A stretch of DNA of 64,000 bases, taken from assembly GCF_947568905.1 (NCBI RefSeq), contig NC_079165.1:7502001-7566000 (forward strand), given 5' to 3'. Position 1 is the stretch's first letter, and each line of letters opens with the position of its first letter. Source of the stretch: Ostrea edulis (taxonomy: Eukaryota). The position numbers and the translations under genes are program-made. Below are positions 21,983 to 33,100 of the stretch, in pieces. The notes beneath the pieces are model-generated. The model saw nothing but the letters and a program-made list of their open reading frames with translations. It was not told the DNA's origin and did no database searches.

Positions 21983-23248
21983 ATGGCGTCGTTGAAGACT
22001 CCGTGCAAGTACGGGGGGAATTGTTACAGGAAAAATCCACAACATTTACGCGATTACAGCCATCCACAGGATTTACAGGAATCTGAACAGGATAAAAACA
22101 CAACGAAACGGAAAAGAGACGCCGATGACACAGATCCAGAACACAAGAAAAGAAATCGTGAAAGTGTCCGCAAGAAAGACGAAAAGGACCAAGGGAAATC
22201 AGAGGAAGAAAGTGAAGACGCTTCTGATTTCGCAAATGGAAAGAGTTGTGAGAGTGATGATGAAGAAGAGGAAAGCGTGGAAGATCTTCCATCTCCTGAT
22301 AATGTCCGAGATAACATCAAAAAGAAATATCTCATGGAAATGCCAGAGGATTTCTACCAGTTCTGGGATTTCTGCAAGAAGCTAGATGGCTCTCATCCAG
22401 AGAATGTTATGAAATCGTTGATTGGTTTTACGCTTGTTGGACCATATGACATCTTGGCAGGGAAACATAAGGGTGTCAACAAAAACAAGAAAGGGAGAAA
22501 ACCCAACTTTCTCTTGCATTACCGCTATTATTATGATCCACCAGAATTTACCACAGTTGTCAAAGGAGATGATAATAAATTGTTTCATATAGGATATTTC
22601 AGGGACGATCCATCAGAAATGCCAGTTTTTGTTGCAGTAAATGAAGCTAGTGAATCGTGCAAAATAGTCCCCAAAGGAGAGAACATATTCGGTGCTGTTA
22701 AAAATCTCATTGATGAAGAACTGAAGTCGAAATCCATTAATCAGGACAAGAGGAAAAAGCTACAGGATTTCCAGAACCAATTAGTTGATTTTGCAAAATC
22801 AAAAGACATTTGTTTGGACTTGCAGAGCTCTGGAATGAAAAGGCGAAACAAAAAAGTTGTGTGCAAGAGTTTCCATGGAGCAGGAATAGTTGTTCCTGTT
22901 GATGAAAATGAAGTTGGATATCGACCAGTTCCCGAAACTCCTGCAGACTTGAAGAAGATGTTCAAGAAAGTTGTTGACAGCAAAACCGAAGAAGAAAGAG
23001 ACAAGAATATGGACCCAATTCAGGAACTCATCACTTTAATACAGTTTGCAAATGATGAATGTGATTATGGGGAAGGACTTGAACTCGGCATTGACCTTTT
23101 CTCATTTGGAGGGGATGCCCTTCATTCCCTCATCAAACACTTACTTCCCCTTGCTTATCAGCTTCTTGGACGTTTGGAATTCAAAGAAATTATTGAAATG
23201 CATTTGAGACGCAGATCACGTTATGTAAACAATGAATTGGAAATCTGA
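21983..23248 (+). CDS. HPF1: Histone PARylation factor 1 with N-terminal PBZ (CCHH) zinc finger, intronless, 421 aa
   Basis: CKYGGNCYRKNPQHLRDYSHP (PBZ), charged linker, then HPF1 motifs HYRYYYDPPEF, HIGYFRDDP, SFHGAGIVVP, VGYR, FANDECDYGEGLELGIDLF. Start placed at the Met in AAAATGGCG immediately before the PBZ. Confidence 0.95.
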   Translation: MASLKTPCKYGGNCYRKNPQHLRDYSHPQDLQESEQDKNTTKRKRDADDTDPEHKKRNRESVRKKDEKDQGKSEEESEDASDFANGKSCESDDEEEESVEDLPSPDNVRDNIKKKYLMEMPEDFYQFWDFCKKLDGSHPENVMKSLIGFTLVGPYDILAGKHKGVNKNKKGRKPNFLLHYRYYYDPPEFTTVVKGDDNKLFHIGYFRDDPSEMPVFVAVNEASESCKIVPKGENIFGAVKNLIDEELKSKSINQDKRKKLQDFQNQLVDFAKSKDICLDLQSSGMKRRNKKVVCKSFHGAGIVVPVDENEVGYRPVPETPADLKKMFKKVVDSKTEEERDKNMDPIQELITLIQFANDECDYGEGLELGIDLFSFGGDALHSLIKHLLPLAYQLLGRLEFKEIIEMHLRRRSRYVNNELEI

Positions 23249-24029
23249 GAAAGGAAAACATTCAGTTCTATATTATATAACATGCAATTTTTTTATATAC
23301 TACTTCGTAGATATTAGTTTACTTGTCATTGTTAGAGTAACAATTTACGTCTCATGGAGTGTATGCCACTGTACAAAATTAAGACTTGTATTTCATTGTC
23401 AATCATTTACATGTCAACAATAGTTACAATACATATCATTTCAATTATCCAGAATCTGGTTCCTTTTTAAGTTGTATGCAGAGGGCAAGGAAACCTTGGG
23501 GTATTTTTGAGCAGAATATTACTGACAAAAGATCCCACTGGGCAGAAACAAATAATGAGTCCAATAAAGCTACTCCTGTCTACCACGTTTTATATAGGAG
23601 ACTAAAAAATAAAACCCCAATAGAAATCTTTCTATATCATTATGGCATCCATAACATTCTTACATTGAATCACTGGCAGTGATATTGACCTCTGTATCCA
23701 GAAATGAATAGGGATCTCCACCTTCCCAACTTTTAACATTGCAACAAGTGTGAGACACTCTTTATGTAATGTCTTCAATCTGATTAAAATACAGGCTAAT
23801 GCTATCTATGTATTTATAATATAAGTTTGTATTTTAGTCAGATTCTGATGTCTTCATATGGCGTCCAAAACACATTTGGGCAAAATATTGCATACCGACG
23901 ACCGATGTAAATGATGAGTAGAAGCCGAGATCAGCCATGGGTATCCAGCGGTGCTGGTTTTGTGGGGATAACATTTGAATATACACGATTTTGATTAATT
24001 GTGTGTACTATTTTCTGGAGAAAAAAAAG

Positions 24030-24158
24030 TGTTGTGGATGCCAGAGAAATGTAATGAACCCGACTCGATTCAAACCCCAGATCCTCTAAATCTCTAGTCG
24101 GTGCTCAACCAACTGAGCTATCTAAACCATCAGCGATCGAACCCATCTGACTGCCACA
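24030..24158 (-). mobile_element. Solo LTR of tRNA-promoter TRIM (Helenus-like)
   Basis: 129 bp, TGTGG...CA, box A TAGCTCAGTTGG, box B-like GGGTTTGAATC; same length and layout as the LTRs at 25787 and 26021; flanks AAAG/GAAG. Confidence 0.7.
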
Positions 24159-25786
24159 GAAGGAATACCAGTATTAGACTAGACATAAGTCTAACAGACA
24201 CCATGGAAATCCTCCAAAATTGTAAAAATTATGGCCCCAGGGTAAAGCTATTTGGATCATTTTCTAAAAGAACATTTCATCTTTTCAGAAATCTCCATTA
24301 AGTACAAAAATCGAGTGTAGAACGTGTTGGAGAAAGTTATCCAAGTGTTTGAGAATGTTGTAAAGGTCGTGTAGAGAGAAAGTGGTCACTCACTGTGGAA
24401 TTAAGTGCTAAGTTTATAAGCTATGGACTCACTGATTCATAAAATGGCCTTGTAAATTCCATTTAAAACTATACCTGCTTGTTCCAATTTCTAAACCTAG
24501 CTTAAATATGTAGAGTAGAAATATTTGTATTAGTCATAAAGCATTTCTTCAACATTTTCAACGGAGCTAATTTGTGAGGTTCTTAATTTCTTATACTTTT
24601 ATGGCAAAATGAGGTATCCTTTCTGATTTCTTGGTAGAAAAACCAGTGACAAGCTGTTTAAGTTTTGCTTGAATCGTTTATTTAACTTTCTTGCATCCCA
24701 AATAATTGTGTCCCAGATACAGGGAAAGATTCTTGGTCAAAAGATAGATAAGCGTCTCGAACTTCGATTGAATCTTAACTGTGTGATTGACACATTAGTA
24801 TCATTGCAGTTTTTTTTCTTTCAATAATTGCAACAGATAAAGTTGGGGAGGGGTTTAGAAAGCTTCAAATTCATTTCTCTTGTTAAAAGGTCACGGGAGC
24901 AATGTCTTGGTTACCAATGTTGAGGATCCATTAGAAAGACTACCTATCGATGTTTCAGCATTGGACTTGGTATTTACAAGGTAGGTGACAGAAAATGCAT
25001 GTTGTCTAGGTCAAACAATTACTCGCCACGCTGATGTCCCGAGTACTATATGGTACCCTGTTGCTAGGGGATATTCTGCTTGATGATGCTCTTTCAAATC
25101 GCAACTCCTAGAATAAGTCTACAGTGGAAATTCAAAGAATCTCCATGTAAAAAGGCTTCAGTTAGTAAATGGTCATCTCTCGGTAAGAGAGACAGGCGAG
25201 CATTGCTTGTTATCTGAAATTTAATGTATAAATCACCACTCCTCGTATTCGAGAAATGATGGCTGTGTAGGAGAAATTTCTTGGAGAATAACCTCTGAGG
25301 TTGGGAAATAAAAATCGAGTCAGAAGGGCAACACAATATTTTTCAACAATGTCTTGAAATAATTTTAATTCTTCAACAATTCCAACATTATTTCTATTTC
25401 AATATGGTGATGTTTGCAACATGCACAAAGTTTCTTTAGGAGAGGTACATCCCATTGCCCACCACATCAAAGTATATAATCTCCCAGGAAAAAACTTGCT
25501 GAAAATTTAACCTTGGCAGAGAGTGCCAGAAATATAGCTACTCCATCTTGATCTTAACGTGTCTGGGATAAGGGAAGAGCTTAACTACTGGTATTTTGAA
25601 TAACCCCTGCTTCAACAAGAAAAAGTATTGTATTGTTGGGAGATGAGTGCAGAAATAAAAGTGGCATCCCCTCCAATTGGTTGATTTATAAGAACAATTG
25701 TTGCATTTGGCAATAGTATTGAGCATTACATTTTGATTTGTTAAGTCACTTTCAAGACATTCCTCATGCAGGACCATGTTTGCATG

Positions 25787-26149
25787 TGTAATGGGGAGGG
25801 AGAAAATGCGATGGACCAGACTGGGATTCAAACCCAGTCCCCCTGAATCTGTAGTCAGTTGCTCCACCAACTTAGCTGACTCACCAAAGGCAATCAAACT
25901 CACCTGACCACCACATTCCTCCCTCCTTAAAAATCTTCACACCTTTAAAACATCAATCCAGGATTTTTCCTCTGGCAGGCATTTTCACTTGTCAGTTTCA
26001 GGACTAGTCTATGCACCCAATGCAACCAGAAAGGAGAAATTGCAATGGACCAGACAAGGATTTGAACCCAGGCCCTCTGAATCTCTAGTCAGGTGCTCCA
26101 TCAACTGAGTTCTCTGGCCCCCAGCAATCAAAGCCGCCCGACAACCACA
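25787..26149 (-). mobile_element. Complete TRIM with tRNA-derived LTRs (Helenus type)
   Basis: Two 129-bp TG...CA LTRs (26021-26149, 25787-25915), about 75 percent identical by hand count; PBS-like TTGGGTGC after the 5' LTR; polypurine tract AAGGAGGGAGGAA before the 3' LTR; CATG TSD on both flanks. Confidence 0.85.
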
Positions 26150-27079
26150 CATGAACTCATCACAGCTTAATAAGTATTTGTACAACTTCATCAATGTGAA
26201 ATACTTAATAAGACAGTGTTTGTATGACTTTGTCACATCTAACATCTACGTACTTGAGGCGGTGTTTGCATGTGTTCATTACAGCTCAAGTGCTTAAAAC
26301 AATTAGTGTTTGTATTCTTTCCTTACAGCTGGAGTGCTTATGACCATGCTTGCACAAGTTCATTACATAGTCTTATAGTATCTCCATATTGTGAACACTT
26401 TGTCATTAAAGATATGGTGCAAATTTTCCTTATTCATTCTTATTTCATCCTAATTCATTCTTCATCTGCAGAAAAGGACAAACAAAAACACACTACGAAA
26501 ACTCGGTTAATAGTTCGTTACATCATCCTTAATTTTGTAGCTTGTTTTTCTTGTTCCTTTACACAATACAAATCCACCCAATTCCGTAACACTGTGCTCG
26601 GTTAGTTAAATTACATAAAAACAACAAAAGCTGACAGCGAGTGTAAAAAAGAATGCATATCTATTCAGTAATCACCATACAAAATGTAATTATGGATATG
26701 CTTAATAAGAAAAGAACTACAAAACAGCAAGCTGATGGTATCCAAAAAAAGTATAAATAAATACATCAATTTCAATTTTACAAAAATAGACATTTCACAC
26801 TTTGGTAGTGCTAATAACCCTGTTGATCACTCTTTACATGTAAATTTACAGTGTTTCTTCATAAATCCAATTTGGTGAATGTAGAACGCAATTTTCTATA
26901 TCTAACTGTAACTCCTTAATTTCTTGTGCTGGTGCAAAGGAAAGAAAATGTCCATGAACTTCCAATTCTAATCGCATCTTTTAAACCATTCCAGAAAATC
27001 AAATCGTTACTGCATGATAATTTTTAGCTACGGATGTTCTTGAAAATAATACAGGCACTTTTGACAGCTTTTATTCCTC

Positions 27080-27140
27080 TCACGATATGTGATGAGCATG
27101 CAGGGTTGCCTCCCAGAGTTCGCCCGAGTGCTTCAAGGAC
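27080..27140 (-). CDS. FADS2: Desaturase exon 12, terminal ([19 protein letters not shown])
   Basis: Acceptor ttttacag; TGA at 27080-27082; 61 nt. Confidence 0.88.
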
Positions 27141-30100
27141 CTGTAAAATAAAAACAGACAATTATATTCATCAAGCTAAGTGTGTAGAGCATAAAAAAAT
27201 TATAGCAAAATGCCCGAAAGCTAGTGTTTCACATCACTCTTCACAGAATCTTGTACAAATATTGGCCATCTAAATGTAACTTTGTACTATATGATAAAGT
27301 CCATAAATTCAGAAAAATTTCTAAAATTCCCATTTCATGTGAATGTTTTGCAGATTAAAAAATTTTACGGCAATATTCATAGATGAAAACTTTGAACCTC
27401 AATTGTAAGGCCACCAACTACAAGTTGACTCCAGAGCTAAAATTGACATGATATTACATACGGATTAATTAATTGTTGCCTGGTAACTCTTCTGGATTTT
27501 TCTTCAATATGTATTCACTTATAAAACCTTTGCACTCTCACTGTGACTGTATGATAACTTGATGGTCATATTCATAGACCAAGGGCCATGTTTATAGATA
27601 AAGAGCCATGTTTGTTGCTAAATGACTATGTTTATTGCTAAAGGGCTATGTTTATTGCTAAAGAGCCATGTTTATAGATAATAGATAAAGGGCTATGTTT
27701 ATTGCTAAAGGGCCATGTTTATTGCTAAAGGGCTATGTTTATTGCTAAAGGACCATGTTTATTGCTAAAGGGCCATGTTTATTGCTAAAGTGCTATGTTT
27801 ATACATAAAGGGCTATGTTTATTGCTAAAGGGCCATGTTTATTGCTAAAGGGCCATGTTTACAGATAAAGGGATATGTTTATAGACAAGAGGCCCAGGGG
27901 CCTTATAGGTCACCTGAGTATCATGTAACAACCTTCCAATGTTTGAATTAGGTTTGTGTTTAAATATAAGAATTTTACTTTTGGATGGAAGAAACATTGA
28001 ATAGCTATGTGGTCATGAAGTACATGTGTCATTTTTATGTTCAATCAATAATCCTTTTTAAAAAACCTAGGTCTGAGACATCATAAAGAAAAGGGTTATT
28101 TACTCCTTAGATAAAACCAATATAAGAAGATTTTCAAAGAATTTCTACATTTTCACTATTTGACCAATAGAGCCCCACCCTAACACAAGAACCCCTGCCC
28201 CAGGGGCCATGAATTTCACAATTTTGGTAGAGGGCTCAACGCTCATTATAATTATGCCCACAGTTTGGCTTCTTGATGTCCAGGAGTAAAGAAGAAGATT
28301 TTTTAAAATTACATTCATTTTGATGGTTTTTGCCCCACCCCTCAGGCCCCAGGGGGGCAGGGACCACGAATTTCACAATTTTTGTTCCCCTCCACCCACA
28401 GATGCTATATGCCAAAATTGGTTGAAATTGGTTCAGGGGTTTCAGAGAAGAAGCTGAAAATGTTCAAATGTTAACACACGACGAACGACGACGGACAAAA
28501 ACAGATAGCAATAGGTCACCTGAATGATTCAGGTGACCTAATAAATGGCCATGTTTATAGATAAAGGGCTATGTTTATAGCTAAAGGGCTATGTTTATAG
28601 ATAAAGGGCTATGTTTATAGCTAAAGGGCCATGTTCATAGATAAAGGGCTATATTTATAGATAAAGGGCTATGTTTATTGCTAAAGGGATATGTTTATTG
28701 CTAAAGGACTATGTTTATTGCTAAAGAGCCATGTTTATAGATAAAGAGCCATGTTTATAGATAAAGGGCTATGTTTATAGCTAAAGGGCTATGTTTATTG
28801 CTAAAGGGCCATGTTCATAGATAAAGGGCTATATTTATAGATAAAGGGCTATGTTTATTGCTAAAGGGCTATGTTTATTGCTAAAGGACTATGTTTATTG
28901 CTAAAGGGCTATGTTTATTGCTAAAGGGCCATGTTTATAGATAAAGGGCTATGTTTATTGCTAAAGGGCTATGTTTATTGCTAAAGGGCCATGTTCATAC
29001 ATGTAGATAAAGGGCTATATTTATAGATAAAGGGCTATGTTTATTGCTAAAGGACTATGTTTATTGCTAAAGGGCTATGTTTATTGTTAAAGGGCTATGT
29101 TTATAGATAAAGGGCTATGTTTATAGCTAAAGGGCTATGTTTATTGCTAAAGGGCCATGTTTAGAGATAAAGAGCCATGTTTATAGATAAAGAGCCAAGT
29201 TTATTGCTAAAGGGCTATGTTTATTGCTAAAGGGCTATATTTATTGCTAAAGGGCCATGTTTATAGATAAAGGGCTATGTTTATTGCTAAAGGGCTATGT
29301 TTATTGCTAAAGGGCTATGTTTATTGCTAAAGGGCCATGTTTATAGATAAAGGGCTATGTTTATTGCTAAAGGGCTATGTTTATTGCTAAAGGGTTATGT
29401 TTATTGCTAAAGGGCCATGTTTATAGATAAAGAGTCATGTTTATAGATAAAGGGCTATGTTTATTGCTAAAGGGCTATGTTTATAGATAAAGGGCTATGT
29501 TTATAGCTAAAGGGCTATGTTTATTGCTAAAGGGCCATGTTCATAGATAAAGGGCTATATTTATAGATAAAGGGCTATGTTTATTGCTAAAGGACTATGT
29601 TTATTGCTAAAGGACTATGTTTATTGCTAAAGTGCTATGTTTATAGATAAAGGGCTATGTTTATTGCTAAAGGGCTATGGGCTATGTTTATTGCTAAAGG
29701 GCTACGTTTATTGCTAAAGGGCCATGTTCAAAGATAAAGGGCTATATTTACAGATAAAGGGCTATGTTTGTTGCTAAAGGGCTATGTTTTGAGCAACTCG
29801 AAACCACGAGGATGTTGACAAACAGGCCCCCCTCTAGATACGATTTTGTCATATTATAGCTCTAGTGATCATGATGGTCAAGGTTGAACAAAATTCAATC
29901 TGCACTGGTTTAGTAGTTTTGTAATTTCTGTCTAATCATTCTAAAGAACATTTTATAATACTGCATCATATCTTTATTTATTTTTAATTATCACTTTATG
30001 AGAACAAGTGACACTCTCTTTATTGAAGAATTTTTGGCTAAATTGCTTGATTTTTTCCAGAAATTATGGACGCTTGACCAACTTTCATCAACATCTGGCT

Positions 30101-33100
30101 AAAGTGAAAATAAAGATTGAAAATGTCCAAGTTCCATGAGAAAATAAAGTCTAATTTCATGTCCAGGTGAACTTGATTTTTCACACATGAAACAAATAGA
30201 TTGGCTGTAAATATTCCTTTTTACCTATAAATATTCCTTTTTACCTGTAAATTTTTAATTTGAAGAGTAATTTACCAGTACTTACTTCACAATGTCGATA
30301 AAAGACTGGGAGAGGGTTTTCATTTGGTACGAAATTCCATGCTTTTTACACAAGGACTTCACAAGTGGCTGGATTTTATACAGGTTATGTCGTGGCATGG
30401 TGGGGAACAAGCTAAAATAAATCCACATGCATTCTTCTTTTTTTTTTTATATTTTCTGACATGCAATTTTCATTCAATGAAGATGATTATTAATTGAGTA
30501 AGTGTACATCAAACATGGGTTAAAACACATTTCTGAGGAATGCCAAAACAGCTCTATATCTGTAATTTGCTACACCCTTTGTCCCTTGATGAGGTCCTTT
30601 ATACTAATTAAAATCAGGAATTTTCAATAATCGAAAAACGTACAAAAATTAAATCAACACCTTCTCATTCAGAGTTTTTTCTCTATAATATATCTTAAAA
30701 TTTCCTATCGAATCTATAACTTAAGTTAAAATAATTCACTAAGCATTAAAATTTTGGATAAAATGTGTGAAAATACTGTAATACATGTATGGCTGTAAAT
30801 AACAACAGTTAAAGTCAACCAACCTATCATTTCCCCTTGAAGGGAGTGAGGGCTGGGTAGTAACTACATTGTATATACTGTGTGAATATGTATTATATAT
30901 GCTGTAGTCATTGTGCCATAATTTTTTTCTTTTCTCTCTGTTATATGTCTGACATTTGTTTTGTTATTTTGACTGTATGCCAACATGGTGATGTCAATAA
31001 ATAAACTGAAATTGAAATATACATGTACTGTAAAAGTGGTTATTTATGCTTGGGAGAAATTTACACTAATAAAGCAGTCACGAAATAAATGCGTAAATTT
31101 ACCCCACACATAGTTATAAATATTTGATATAATAATATACATTACATTCAGTTACCGCATCTTTTTCCCCCCATGCGTATCATTAGATGTGGAAAAACGC
31201 ATACTTAACCCCCAGTGTAAATAACCACCTCTACAGTACTATGAGAGCATGTATAGCTACTGCTAAAAAACAAGTTTCCTGAATTTTCTTACTGGTGTTC
31301 TATTTGGAAATTGAGATGCCCAGTAAACCAATCATTGAAGAAGGATTGTTCAATATCACAAGTGGCCTTCAACTGCAGTTTGATCCATGGTTCAGCGGTG
31401 TCTCGGTCTATGTCCATCGGGATGTGGTTCGATTGACTCACCCAGGTAAACCAGTGACTCTCCAGCACTCTGTAGAAAAAAAACGTGTTTGTGAAACAAT
31501 ATACCCCCAGTATCATCACACTCAATAGTGTCAAATTTGACATCAATGAATGACATTGGCCTTAATTAATCACTTAAGACTTGACCTTTTGGTTCATAAT
31601 GTCTGTAATCTCTATCGCGCACAGTCCAAAAGTTATGACCAATGTTTAATCGCAGAAAGACCAAAATAAATAAGTCCATGATTTTCAAGACATCGAAATA
31701 TTTAAGTGCTCCAGTTTCATGTCACAGATTTTACAAATGTATTTGTCAAATCTAAGTTACTACATGTATGTGTAAATATTTTCAGTTAATGATTTTGTTT
31801 TGAAATTACATCGAAAATCTTCAATAATACAGAGTCTCAACCACTCATGGTTAGTGTGCACGCATTACTAGGAGGCCAGGGTTCGATTTGCGATCCCAGC
31901 ATCACATCAATTCTAAGACGTTTAACATTAGGTGGTGACTGTTCCTTCACAAAGTCACTGTGGCCAAACGTCATTTGGATACAACCATTCCTACACAGGA
32001 TACAATCATTCCTACACAGGATACAACCAGTCCTATGCAGGATACAACCAGTCCTACACAGAATACAATCGTGCTTTTAATGCAGAGTACAACCAACATG
32101 AAGAAAATAAAGGACTGCGACCAATTTACAAGAAATTTTCTGTGTTGAGGTGTTTGAGCAAGTGGTAGGGGATCTGACCAAATGCTATATATCATTCAAA
32201 CCAGAATTCATTGTGTCACCTGATAGGCTATATAATTCTTAAGAATTATCTGTGTAAAGAAAACTATGGGCCACTTTCTACTCCTCCTCACAGACATCTC
32301 CACTCTCCATAGTAAACTGCTGTAAGGGTTAGTTGTACTCTGTGTGAAAAGCATGATTGTATCCTGCATGGGAATGGTTGTGTCCAAATGACGTTTGGCC
32401 ACGGTGCATGTGCAAAGCGCAGTAAAATTACGGGTCTTTCTGATAAACCACAGGTCCTACGTCGTTGTAGGCATTGGCAGGATTAACAACCTTCACTGCT
32501 ATGGCGGTAAGCACCGTGTATAGGTCTAAATTTCTGTCATTACACCTAAAGTTGGTGACGTCTTTAGTACGAGTGAAAAATTCTCAAATGGGACATAAAA
32601 ACAGTGTATAAACAAAACTAATTCTTGAATACTGGAATCATGTACGTTCTCAAAACGAGAAATACATGAACTATAAAACTTCTCTTTATGTCCTACACCT
32701 TACCTCATTATTTCATAATACACTAGAGTCCATCCTAATCCTAGTATATTTGTATACAAGTAGAAAAATTTCACATAAAAGGCCATGACCACGATGAAAT
32801 CCTGGAATTCAAAAAATATATAATAATTTGTAAATCTGACAAAAATAATTTCTTTCAAGAACATTCTTACATTTGCAATAAATCTTCTTTTTTTTAAATA
32901 CACTGATTTCTTTTATATATGCATGTACTAGAATACATATTGTTCAAATTCATTATCATGTTAAGTATCAATGTATTTGGGTTACTTTTTCCTAAAACAC
33001 ACTAAATTGGATGCTATACATATGTACATATGTTGTACTGTATTGAACCTGCCTTTTAAATATACAATACATACATAGCAAAATCATTGCAGAATATACA

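Noticed and set aside
24200-25500. Possible highly decayed LINE endonuclease region on the minus strand
   Set aside because: Only vague motif echoes, with no continuous frame that can be supported without a translated search
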